64,000 nt of DNA, from positions 64,001-128,000 of the forward strand of contig BTVY01000002.1 in assembly GCA_045863335.1 (NCBI GenBank). Direction: 5' to 3'. Below, piece after piece: positions 10,570-18,574 of the stretch (position 1 is the stretch's first letter; every line of letters begins with the position of its first letter). The notes below the pieces were generated by a model. It had not been told where the DNA came from and searched no databases. It was given only the letters and a program-made list of their open reading frames with translations. Made by a program: the position numbers and the translations under genes. Origin of the DNA: Candidatus Hydrogenedentota bacterium. Its GTDB lineage: Bacteria; Hydrogenedentota; Hydrogenedentia; Hydrogenedentales; SLHB01.

Positions 10570-10647
10570 CGGGGTGTAGCGCAGCCCGGTTAGCGCGCTT
10601 CGTTCGGGACGAAGAGGCCGGAGGTTCAAATCCTCTCACCCCGACCA
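10570..10647 (+). tRNA. tRNA-Pro(CGG)
   Basis: Acceptor stem CGGGGTG...CACCCCG plus ACCA; anticodon arm CTTCG-TT CGG GA-CGAAG; T loop GGTTCAAATCC. Confidence 0.97.
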
Positions 10648-10650
10648 TTT
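10601..10650 (+). repeat. attL core (50 bp)
   Basis: CGTTCGGGACGAAGAGG...CCCCGACCATTT, identical to 20757-20806. Confidence 0.95.
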
Positions 10651-10663
10651 AAGTGCAATAAAA

Positions 10664-10699
10664 ACAGCGACTTACGAGTTAGATACCGTAAGTCGCTGT
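10664..10699. repeat. palindrome downstream of tRNA (ACAGCGACTTACG...CGTAAGTCGCTGT)
   Basis: 13-bp stem. The same GCGACTTACG/CGTAAGTCGC core recurs after attR at 20823-20854. Confidence 0.7.
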
Positions 10700-10718
10700 A
10701 CTATTTCTAGTGGCTAGC

Positions 10719-10737
10719 CTGTCCCGTATCTGTCCCG
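10719..10737 (+). promoter_or_regulatory. putative integrase arm-type sites, left
   Basis: CTGTCCCGTATCTGTCCCG (two CTGTCCCG units, 11-bp period), identical to 20609-20627. Confidence 0.75.
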
Positions 10738-10828
10738 AGCGACAAGGTATTCTAACCAGCAAAACCGTTCTTACGTGAGAATACAATGGCCATCTTTATG
10801 TGTTATACTCAATTTGGAGGGTAAATCC

Positions 10829-11389
10829 ATGTCGTTCACATTCCGGCTTCCGAAAGTTGTTCAGGAAGTCGGCGTCATCCTCAATCAAGTGCCGGAGCAT
10901 CGCTTTAACTACACGATGCTTCTGAAGATCCTTTACTTGGCAGATCGGGAAAGCCTCGCGGAAGTTGGACATCCAATTAGCGGGGACATTCATGTTGCCA
11001 TGCCGCGCGGTCCGGTCCTGAGTCGCGTATGCGATTTGATCCGACAGACGAATTATGTCTCAGAAGAGCAATCGGAGTACTGGTCTAAGTTCTTTGAGAC
11101 AAAAAGAAAGGAATTGGTCCTGAAGGCAAGCCCTGGAACGGATCATTTGTCCAAATACGAAATTGAAAAGCTTCAGACGCTAACCGCCAAACATAAGAAG
11201 ACACTCCTCGGGAAGATGCTTGACTTCGTGGGGGACTTGCCGGAGGTCAAGAAGAACAAGAGAGGTTCCTCTCGAAAGGCAATTCCGCTGGAAGACATTC
11301 TTGTTGCCGTTGGCCGAGAGGACAGCATCGCAGAAATTCGCCAGAATCAGGCCGAGGATGAGTTCTTGGCAAAGATCCTCGGTGATTAA
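10829..11389 (+). CDS. Panacea-domain (SocA/DUF4065-like) antitoxin
   Basis: YTMLLKILYLADRESLAEVGHPISGD...AMPRGPVLS motif. GGAGGG RBS and extended -10 TGTTATACT at 10801-10809. Confidence 0.85.
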   Translation: MSFTFRLPKVVQEVGVILNQVPEHRFNYTMLLKILYLADRESLAEVGHPISGDIHVAMPRGPVLSRVCDLIRQTNYVSEEQSEYWSKFFETKRKELVLKASPGTDHLSKYEIEKLQTLTAKHKKTLLGKMLDFVGDLPEVKKNKRGSSRKAIPLEDILVAVGREDSIAEIRQNQAEDEFLAKILGD

Positions 11390-11776
11390 ATGCCCCCCGG
11401 TAGATGGGAAGGTGGGGATTCGTTTTTCCTAAGCGCCGCCGGTTCTCACCTCTATTTTTTGCTTCATGTACCCGTCGAAGAGAGCGTCGTGGTCGTCAAC
11501 TTCATTACAATAAGAGAGTGGACAGATCCACCGTGTGTCATCTATCCCAATGAGCACGACTTCCTAACTGAAAAGTCAACTATAAACCTTTCTCGTGCCC
11601 GACTTTGGACAACCCAACAACTAACGACAAGTGAACAAAGCAATCTACTCAAGCGCCATATTCGCGTGTCAGATACGATAGTGAGCAAGGCTCTCAAGGC
11701 CGTCTCGAAATCGCAAGTCATAGAGACTCGGGTTCTTGATTTCTTGCGCATTCATGGGCTTATCCAAGTTGATTAG
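11390..11776 (+). CDS. putative PanT toxin, PemK/MazF-like fold
   Basis: Abuts the antitoxin stop (TAA-ATG). Pattern GDSFF...HLYF...VVVNFITI...D..CVI...EHDFL...STI. Low GC. Confidence 0.6.
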   Translation: MPPGRWEGGDSFFLSAAGSHLYFLLHVPVEESVVVVNFITIREWTDPPCVIYPNEHDFLTEKSTINLSRARLWTTQQLTTSEQSNLLKRHIRVSDTIVSKALKAVSKSQVIETRVLDFLRIHGLIQVD

Positions 11777-11810
11777 GTGATTCGACGCCCGTTCGCAGAA
11801 TTCACACGGT

Positions 11811-12317
11811 CTACACTGCCCCACACGGCGCGATCTCCTTTTCCGCAAGGGAATCATTCAACCGTTTCGCGTCCTTTTCGATGCCTCGCACGAATTGACG
11901 CACCAATCTTTCGAGACTCCGCGCCGCGCCGGTAGGATCGCCGCACCAAATCACATGCACGTTAGCCCGCGTCTGTATCGCCGCGAGACTCGCAAGGATC
12001 GATTGCGGACGCGCCAGGCTTCGGTATTGCCGGAAATGAATCTCCGCTTCCAGCCCTTCCACGAGGATCGCGCGGAATCCGAATTGCCGTAGCTTCTCAA
12101 TCTCGCGCATGAACCGATCCCGCTCGCCCGTGAGACTCGATACCAGATCGTCCAATGACTTCCGCTCCACGATGAACCGGGGATTGTTCCAATCGCTGAA
12201 TCCACGGATGCCATAATCGCCCACGGGCAACGTCACGGTTTCGAGCCGGTACGCTTCAATCGGAAGGATGGATTGCTCCCGCGTGTCAACCTGAACGATT
12301 GGGCTTGGCGTGTTCAT
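11811..12317 (-). CDS. ERCC4 (XPF/Mus81-type) domain nuclease
   Basis: VDTREQ, TLPVGDY, and VERKSLDD (ERKxxxD catalytic motif). Confidence 0.88.
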   Translation of the reverse strand: MNTPSPIVQVDTREQSILPIEAYRLETVTLPVGDYGIRGFSDWNNPRFIVERKSLDDLVSSLTGERDRFMREIEKLRQFGFRAILVEGLEAEIHFRQYRSLARPQSILASLAAIQTRANVHVIWCGDPTGAARSLERLVRQFVRGIEKDAKRLNDSLAEKEIAPCGAV

Positions 12318-12321
12318 GGAA

Positions 12322-12591
12322 TCAATCCCAGTCCCCGTCTGGTTGAACATGGGGCACCTCGATACGGTCCGGTCCAAACAGATAGATTGAATCTTCGTCG
12401 CCCCGTGTCCCGCGCGACTTCGGCCACGGTCCGGCCAATAGTCCCGATTTCTGCGCCCGTGTCATGACGGCTTCGCACAATGGCTCCCAACACCGATCCG
12501 GTACGTCGGCTTCGATGAACGATTGAGACAGCACGCCCTCAAGCCATTGTTCTTTGGAAAAGTGGAATCCATCATTGCGACACTTCGCCAT
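12322..12591 (-). CDS. hypothetical protein (89 aa)
   Basis: GAAAGGA RBS before ATG 12591; stops 4 bp before the ERCC4 start. Confidence 0.55.
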   Translation of the reverse strand: MAKCRNDGFHFSKEQWLEGVLSQSFIEADVPDRCWEPLCEAVMTRAQKSGLLAGPWPKSRGTRGDEDSIYLFGPDRIEVPHVQPDGDWD

Positions 12592-12777
12592 TGCCGATCC
12601 TTTCATGGGGTGCGGGACGCCGCGAAGCGGAGAAAAACGCGACGCCCCGCCAGGAGAGGGAGATGAGACCGTTAAACTTTTTGCTCGGCCTCGGGGACGG
12701 CGCAAACGACTAGGCGATATGCGCCGCCCCCGTGCTGCGAGTAATCGCGCGAACTACAGGTCCGCGCAAGGAATGCA

Positions 12778-13491
12778 CTAGATACTCGCTGACGCGCCTA
12801 CCTTCTGCGTGACAGCGCCGTCCGGTTTCCCGCGCAAGAGCACGACGGCCACATTGCTATTGGCCGTGGTCGTGACTTTGCACGCGATATGGGTGAATCC
12901 ATCGCTCAGATCAAAATCGTCCAGTTCCACGTACGCTTGCGCTTCAACCGTGGCAATCGTGAACGTCGCATCTTCGGACGAAATCGTGAGCACGCGCGAG
13001 CCGGGATCGTCCACAGTCAACGTGATCGTACCGGTATTCGCCGCCGCCGTGACGCCCGGTACGCCGTAGGTCGCATCGTTGATCAAGCCCGCCAGCGCCG
13101 CCGCGTCTGCGGTATCGTCGCCGTCAATCTTGAATTCCCGATCCGCCGCCGTGGTCGTGTCGGTGTGCGCGGTGAACGTGAGACCGTTGATAACGATGGC
13201 CTCGCCATTCAGGACGGTCGCCAGTGCGATAGTCGCTTTCGTGACGTTCGTGTTGGCCGTGATCGTGGCCGTCGCGCCGCTGATAAGCTGTGCGCCGGTA
13301 CCGTCCTCGTCGGACGCCTCGAATACTTCGATCTTCGTGGTTTTGGTAGCCGCCATTGCGCCGCCGTTCAGGATTGCCAACGCGGAGCCGTAGTCCTTCA
13401 TGGCGAAGTATCGCCCCGTGGCGTTGGTATTGTTCAAGGCTTGCGAGACAAGCCCGATGTCAATCTTCTGTGCTTCATACAATCGGTTCAT
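12778..13491 (-). CDS. putative capsid cement/decoration protein with inserted beta-rich domain
   Basis: Starts 15 bp after the capsid stop with a GAAGGA RBS. Ala/Thr/Gly-rich, beta-type virion-protein composition. Confidence 0.6.
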   Translation of the reverse strand: MNRLYEAQKIDIGLVSQALNNTNATGRYFAMKDYGSALAILNGGAMAATKTTKIEVFEASDEDGTGAQLISGATATITANTNVTKATIALATVLNGEAIVINGLTFTAHTDTTTAADREFKIDGDDTADAAALAGLINDATYGVPGVTAAANTGTITLTVDDPGSRVLTISSEDATFTIATVEAQAYVELDDFDLSDGFTHIACKVTTTANSNVAVVLLRGKPDGAVTQKVGASASI

Positions 13492-13506
13492 GATCTGTTT
13501 TCCTTC

Positions 13507-14859
13507 TTAGGCCAGGATGCCGGTGATCTTGGTGAAGTGAGTCGGGCGAAGGATCGCGAAGTCCATCCGCATGTATGCGCGAATCAGGACTTGCAGACGG
13601 GAGAATGCTTCATCGCCCGTGCTGCCGCCGCCGGTTTCCGCGATCTTCATCTTCAGCGAAGTCCGCATACCGAATAGGCATTGCTGAAAGTCGCCGACGA
13701 ATGCCGCGCTCGCCACGCTGGACGTGCCCTGCGTCAAGGTGTTGCCGATCTGGTTCGTGACGTACTTCGCCAGATTCTTGTAGCTGTCCGGCGGAGGCAA
13801 GGGATCGCCGTTACCGTTGATCAGCCTGTCCAGCGTGCCCGCCGTCCGGGGGTTGTAGATCGTCGCGTTCGGTTCACCGTTCGCGTTCTGAATGGCTTGC
13901 ACGGCTTGACTCCAATCGTTGTAATCGGTCGGGACCGCGCCATTCGCGCCAAGGCTTTGCTCGTTCAGGTCGCTATGGTTGAACAAGCCCTTGGGTTCGC
14001 CCACGCCGCTGCCGAACAGCGCTACACGGTCGATCTCCAGCGCCAACGCCGACGCCATGGAGTTCTCAAGGGTGCTCACGAAATTGTCCGCGTCCTCGAT
14101 CAACTCGATGGATGAACGGACAAGGCATCCGATGGTTTTCGCCCGAAGGATGACCGGCGCGAGTGTCATGTCGCTTTCCGTGATTTCGGCATGCTCTTCG
14201 CGCCAATACGCGGTAGGATCGCCGGTGACTTTGACGAGGGTAAGCTCGCTGGAATCCATCGGGATCGTGCCCGCGCCCGCCTGGATGACACGCGCCTTGT
14301 TTCGCGCCGCATCGATGACGCGCATCGACAGGACGGACGGAACGAAGAAACCGCCGCCCGCGCCCGTGCCTTGGCCCATGGCCCGGAGTTCGGACTGAGA
14401 CTGCGACCAGTCACCCAACGCCGCCGCGCGGACCAGCCGTTGCAAGCTCAGCTCCTCGGGTTCGATGCCGTCCGGCAATTCGTTGGCGAAGCGATTGCGA
14501 AACACGTCCGCCATGCGTGCCTCGGGACCGATGCACGGCACGCGATCCCCGCTCTTGGTTTCAAACGTCATGCGGGCGCTAAAACCGCCGGCGTTGGGGT
14601 GCGTGGAATCGTGTGTGTCGCCACGGCCCGGAAGGATGCGCCCTTCGTTCACGCTGCGGGACATTTCAGCATCAAGATCGTTGACGCGCTCAGCCGACTT
14701 GATTTGGTCGCCCATGCCGTCAACTTCCGCATTCAACTTGTCCCACTTCTCGCGCTCTTCAGCTTTGAAATCGCGGGATTCTTTCTGAATCGTCTCGGCC
14801 ATTTGCTTGATCTCAGAGACCAGCTTGGCCCGCTTCTCGCGTAGTTCTTTCAAATTCAT
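13507..14859 (-). CDS. phage major capsid protein, HK97 family
   Basis: Coiled-coil delta-like N-terminus; GGGFFVPSVLS..VID, W..E, SIELIED, FGSG.GEPKG, GDF, and R.DFAILRP.HF motifs. Confidence 0.93.
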   Translation of the reverse strand: MNLKELREKRAKLVSEIKQMAETIQKESRDFKAEEREKWDKLNAEVDGMGDQIKSAERVNDLDAEMSRSVNEGRILPGRGDTHDSTHPNAGGFSARMTFETKSGDRVPCIGPEARMADVFRNRFANELPDGIEPEELSLQRLVRAAALGDWSQSQSELRAMGQGTGAGGGFFVPSVLSMRVIDAARNKARVIQAGAGTIPMDSSELTLVKVTGDPTAYWREEHAEITESDMTLAPVILRAKTIGCLVRSSIELIEDADNFVSTLENSMASALALEIDRVALFGSGVGEPKGLFNHSDLNEQSLGANGAVPTDYNDWSQAVQAIQNANGEPNATIYNPRTAGTLDRLINGNGDPLPPPDSYKNLAKYVTNQIGNTLTQGTSSVASAAFVGDFQQCLFGMRTSLKMKIAETGGGSTGDEAFSRLQVLIRAYMRMDFAILRPTHFTKITGILA

Positions 14860-15015
14860 GGTTTCAAAACCTCATGTTTCGTTTCGTTCGTTCAACTCTG
14901 GCGTGCTGCCATGCGACTGGGCGCGTGGCGTTTCGCCGCTACCTTCGACGCTTGGGGTTGACTAGGCCGCCCCGTCGCGCCGTGGCCCGCTTAACCCCGC
15001 TGTGCGGGGGTGTGC

Positions 15016-15267
15016 TCAACTTTCAGTCCGCCGGTATGTGGCCTCGACGGCTTCGTGCATTTCGGCTTCTGTGAATTTGTGCCCTATGTGCGCTTCAATT
15101 TCTGCGCGCATATCGGGAACCAGTCGTGCCCACGCCGCGCCATGAACCGGCCAATAGGCGCGATACTTCCGCAAGTACGCCCCGCCCAACTTGGCGATCC
15201 TTTTTACCTCGAAATTGCTGAGCGGTTGCATGCCGCGTGCAATCCCCTTGCGTCGTACCTTTGGCAT
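15016..15267 (-). CDS. hypothetical protein (83 aa)
   Basis: TAATG overlap with the TerS stop; lies between TerS and capsid. Confidence 0.6.
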   Translation of the reverse strand: MPKVRRKGIARGMQPLSNFEVKRIAKLGGAYLRKYRAYWPVHGAAWARLVPDMRAEIEAHIGHKFTEAEMHEAVEATYRRTES

Positions 15268-15611
15268 TAACGTGATCTCCCTTCGGTTCCGACTGCTTTC
15301 GGTGGTCGGGGTGCCTCTATCGGCCCGCCCTCGAAATCAAGCCCGAGTTCCCGCTGAATCCGTACCGCCAACGTGGTAGCGTCTCGCTCGATGCCGCATG
15401 CCGGGTTTGCCTTCCATTCGCCGAAACGGTTTTGCACAAGCTCGCCCTCGGCTTCGATCAACTTCCGCGCAGCCCGTGCCCGGTCCAACTGGGTGCAAAG
15501 GTTTTCGAGTAGGTTCAAGTGATGCCTTTCGAGGTTGAAATCCGCCACGATGGATCGCCAGAGTGCTTTAGACTCCCGGCTAAGGTGTGTCGGTGGTTTT
15601 GGAGTGTTCAT
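15267..15611 (-). CDS. terS: phage terminase small subunit, P27 family
   Basis: PKPPTHLS.E.K..W..IV...LLENLC...A...I..EG.....G..KANPA..I........RELGL signature. Confidence 0.88.
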   Translation of the reverse strand: MNTPKPPTHLSRESKALWRSIVADFNLERHHLNLLENLCTQLDRARAARKLIEAEGELVQNRFGEWKANPACGIERDATTLAVRIQRELGLDFEGGPIEAPRPPKAVGTEGRSR

Positions 15612-15644
15612 GTTCTCGAATCCTCAAATTTCGGTTTCAACCGG

Positions 15645-15720
15645 GTAGGCACGTGCAAGCGAACGCCTAGGCACACGGTACACAACCGCCGGTTGCCAGA
15701 ATATCGACCCCCTACCCCTA
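15645..15720 (-). promoter_or_regulatory. putative cos packaging site
   Basis: Minus strand TAGGGGTAGGGGGTCGATATTCTG...TACCGTGTGCC...GCACGT immediately upstream of terS, the position and G-run style typical of HK97/P27-type cos regions. Confidence 0.55.
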
Positions 15721-15736
15721 TGTGCCTGTGCCGCCA

Positions 15737-16210
15737 TTAGTTACGCTCCTGTATGTCTATGCGCTCGGCGAGCATATTCTCTGCCGCTTGCCGTGTGCCG
15801 TAAATCCAGCCTAAGAGTTCGTCGCTTGCCTCGATGTGTCCGGGGTTCAACGCTTCCAGTTCGTCCGCGTTCGCCGTGGCCACGTCGATGTAGCCAATCA
15901 TGACGTTGCACGCCGCGATAAGCGCCGCGAGGTTGTCATCCTGCATGAAGTAATCAGCATCCCGCCGTTGAACGTCCGTTGATACCGTGTGCCCCAGCCG
16001 TTCACTGAGCACGGACGCTGCCCATTGACGTGTGGCGTACAAGAATCTCATCGTGTCATCCGCCGCGCGTGCCTGGTCTACCGTGGCCGTCCGTTGCTCG
16101 AATGCTGCGCTCATGGATGCATCGTTGTAGGCAATCAATACCGCGCATGCCTTGCCGATGTTGGCTAGACCCTCGTCGGTGAGTAATCCTTTGACTTCCG
16201 GCAAACTCAT
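15737..16210 (-). CDS. hypothetical protein made of two ~64-aa internal repeats
   Basis: AAGGAG RBS; two gaplessly alignable helical halves. Confidence 0.7.
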   Translation of the reverse strand: MSLPEVKGLLTDEGLANIGKACAVLIAYNDASMSAAFEQRTATVDQARAADDTMRFLYATRQWAASVLSERLGHTVSTDVQRRDADYFMQDDNLAALIAACNVMIGYIDVATANADELEALNPGHIEASDELLGWIYGTRQAAENMLAERIDIQERN

Positions 16211-16315
16211 GCTGCCGACTCCTTCCGCGTTTCCATCCCAAGGTTGCCGACAACGCGCGGGAGTATCTGTCCAACGCTCTCGATAGGTCCGCCGCGCCGG
16301 TGCTCAATAACCGGC

Positions 16316-16547
16316 GGGGGACAAAGTGTGCTGCAACCTGCGGACAGCACTTTGTCCCCCTTTAGGGGACGCCCTGTCCGTAGGTTTGGAGTATTGATAC
16401 TAAAGGACTTACAACTTACGGACAGGGTATCTTCACTTTTCGGCCTGTCCGTAGGTTTAGAAAGACTATTTAACGTATTGTTGCTCATTGCGTTACAACC
16501 TGCGGACAGGGTTCATTGTCCGCGCCTGTCCGTAGGTCCGTAGGTTT
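16316..16547. repeat. iteron cluster, putative replication origin
   Basis: About 6-7 copies of CCTGTCCGTAGGTT and its complement in alternating orientation, plus the GGGGGACAAAGTG...CACTTTGTCCCCC palindrome, at the 3' end of rep. Confidence 0.8.
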
Positions 16548-18074
16548 ACGAAGGGTAGGCCGTTGCTTGCCTTTTGTGGTCTCGGTTTCCTCGATAAGAA
16601 GCCCCGCGCCGATGCCGTATTTGATAGCGTCCCGCACCTTGTCACGGGTCGCGTTCGGGCCGAATTCGTCGCTCAATTTCTCGCGGAGCCATTCGCCGGG
16701 TTTGCCCTTGTAGATTTCCCATCGGGTGTAGGTGTGGTCCTCGGCTGCTATTTCGTCGGCAATTCGACGGGCGATCCTGGACTGGATATCTTTCAAGGTC
16801 TCGTCGCGTTGTCCGGCCATGTCGCATTCAAACCACACGCCGTCCTGATTCCGCAGGTACACGGCTCGGTCTGACAATGGAGTCCATGACGCCTTGGAGT
16901 GTTCCAGCCGCGCGAATAGCCTGGGGTTCGATATGCCGTAGTCCGTGACTTCCTTTTCGTTCAATTCAACAATTCCGAACATGCACCTTGCACTGTCGCG
17001 AATGGATGAAGCCCCACGCGCCGCCGCCGACTTTGCTTCCTTCTCTCTATCCTTCGGAACATGATGGACGGCCAATATCGCCGCGCAGTGTGGCGTGCTC
17101 AAGTCACGCAACCGAGACATAAAGACGGCCATTTCAGCATTACTGTTTTCATCAAACTGATGGAAATGGCATAGCGGATCGACGCAAACAAGGTCTGGCT
17201 TGAACGAGTCCACTTCCGCATGGAGCCACTTGTATGCGTCCGTGGTTCGTCCTGCGGCGTCCATCAACGGAATGCCGGGATTGCAGTAGAGCCGGAGATT
17301 CTCCGCGAAGGCCGCGCGATCCTCGTCGCTTAATCCGTAGGCATCCGAGAGCCGCGCCCAACGCCGCCAGACTTCCTCCGCGTCATCCTCAGAGCAGAGC
17401 CACAGCACGCGCAACCGGCTCGCAGGTCGAAACGCCGGGAGCAACGCCCGCCCAATGCAACCGGATGTCACAATGGCGAGTAGTACGCCGCTTTTCCCTA
17501 TTCCACCCTGACCCGTGAGCAGGATAAGCGAACGCCGCGCGATCATGTCGTGATAAAGGTATTCGATGGGGCGAGGTTCACCGGTGAGCCATTCGCTGGT
17601 ATCAACCGGGGATAGCGCCGAAGTCTTGCCCGCTGCTGCGGGTGTGTCTAGCTCCGCGAGTTTCGCTTGCAAGTCAGGGGCAGTGATTCCGCCGCGTAGG
17701 TACAGGTCCGCCAGGTGCCGCCCTTCGCGCTCTCGGTAGTCGGTGCGAATGATGTCGCCAAGACCCCAAGGGTTGCATGTTGGTTCCGCCGCCGCGAGTT
17801 CGGACACGTCGCCCGTGCTCACTTCCGCGCCGACTGCCAACCGATGCAACAGGATCGAGAGTTCCAACCGCCCGCCGCCTGCCGTGAGTTTGATAATTTC
17901 ACCGGCCACGACTCGGTGTAAAGTATCCGGCCAGGCTTGGGAAGGTATCGCCGCGAGTTCCGCCGCCGCATCGGGATCGCCTTTGATCGCAGTTCCGAGT
18001 AGGGATCGACACGCCGCGATTGTCGCTTCACTAGGGGCGTGCCCGTTGCGCCGGTGGGTTGCCGCGCCGTTCAC
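16485..18074 (-). CDS. AAA_25/RepA-type SF4 helicase with DnaB-N-like N-terminus and C-terminal wHTH-like domain
   Basis: Walker A GQGGIGKS, VCVDPL, AVHHVPK, ARGASSI. GTG start overlaps the upstream TGA. Confidence 0.85.
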   Translation of the reverse strand: MNGAATHRRNGHAPSEATIAACRSLLGTAIKGDPDAAAELAAIPSQAWPDTLHRVVAGEIIKLTAGGGRLELSILLHRLAVGAEVSTGDVSELAAAEPTCNPWGLGDIIRTDYREREGRHLADLYLRGGITAPDLQAKLAELDTPAAAGKTSALSPVDTSEWLTGEPRPIEYLYHDMIARRSLILLTGQGGIGKSGVLLAIVTSGCIGRALLPAFRPASRLRVLWLCSEDDAEEVWRRWARLSDAYGLSDEDRAAFAENLRLYCNPGIPLMDAAGRTTDAYKWLHAEVDSFKPDLVCVDPLCHFHQFDENSNAEMAVFMSRLRDLSTPHCAAILAVHHVPKDREKEAKSAAARGASSIRDSARCMFGIVELNEKEVTDYGISNPRLFARLEHSKASWTPLSDRAVYLRNQDGVWFECDMAGQRDETLKDIQSRIARRIADEIAAEDHTYTRWEIYKGKPGEWLREKLSDEFGPNATRDKVRDAIKYGIGAGLLIEETETTKGKQRPTLRKPTDLRTGADNEPCPQVVTQ

Positions 18075-18286
18075 CGCTCGCCCCCGTGCGTGTGCTGTTC
18101 TATCCACTCGTCCAACTGGTGAACGTCGTACCGAATCGTGCGCCCGATGCGAATGTACGGGGGTGCCGGAGTCCGGCCCGGTAGATTGCCTTGGCAACGG
18201 GAATTCGCGAGATACGACGGGGACATGCCAATGTATCGCGCCGCTTCCGCCGGGGATAGCAGTCTCGCCGTGATTGTGGGGTTCAC
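18071..18286 (-). CDS. AlpA/excisionase-like HTH protein
   Basis: LLSPAEAARYIGMS..YLAN.R..G...PPYIRIGRTIRY...LDEWI. Confidence 0.85.
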   Translation of the reverse strand: MNPTITARLLSPAEAARYIGMSPSYLANSRCQGNLPGRTPAPPYIRIGRTIRYDVHQLDEWIEQHTHGGER

Positions 18287-18483
18287 CGTGAACTGCCTCG
18301 CACGCCGCGAAACGCGTCAAGGCCCGCTTGGGTGACTCTCCATTGGCCGCCGCAACGGAATGTGCCTGGAATCACGCCCGCACGACACAGACGCCGCGCA
18401 GTTCTCGGATGGATTGACAACTGGGAAGCAACATCTTCAACCGATAGGTCTGGCTGCGATTCGATTTGTACCTTTGTGGCCAT
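18283..18483 (-). CDS. HTH_17 excisionase-like DNA-binding protein
   Basis: LSVEDVASQLSIHPRTARRLCRAGVIPG.FR.GGQWRV; GGGAG RBS. Confidence 0.82.
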   Translation of the reverse strand: MATKVQIESQPDLSVEDVASQLSIHPRTARRLCRAGVIPGTFRCGGQWRVTQAGLDAFRGVRGSSR

Positions 18484-18574
18484 TCTCGGACTCCCTTTGG
18501 TTCGTCTGTCCGAGTTGTACCACTTGTCTGTCATGACATTCGATATGAATGTCACACTTTCTGTAGGTGGGAGT

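Noticed and set aside
16207-16488. 93-aa ORF over the iteron cluster
   Set aside because: Largely a translation of the repeats. Its ATGA overlaps at both ends leave it possible, but support is insufficient.
16316-16547. CRISPR array
   Set aside because: The repeats are ~14 bp, alternate in orientation and are irregularly spaced, and there are no cas genes. No CRISPR array was seen anywhere in the window.
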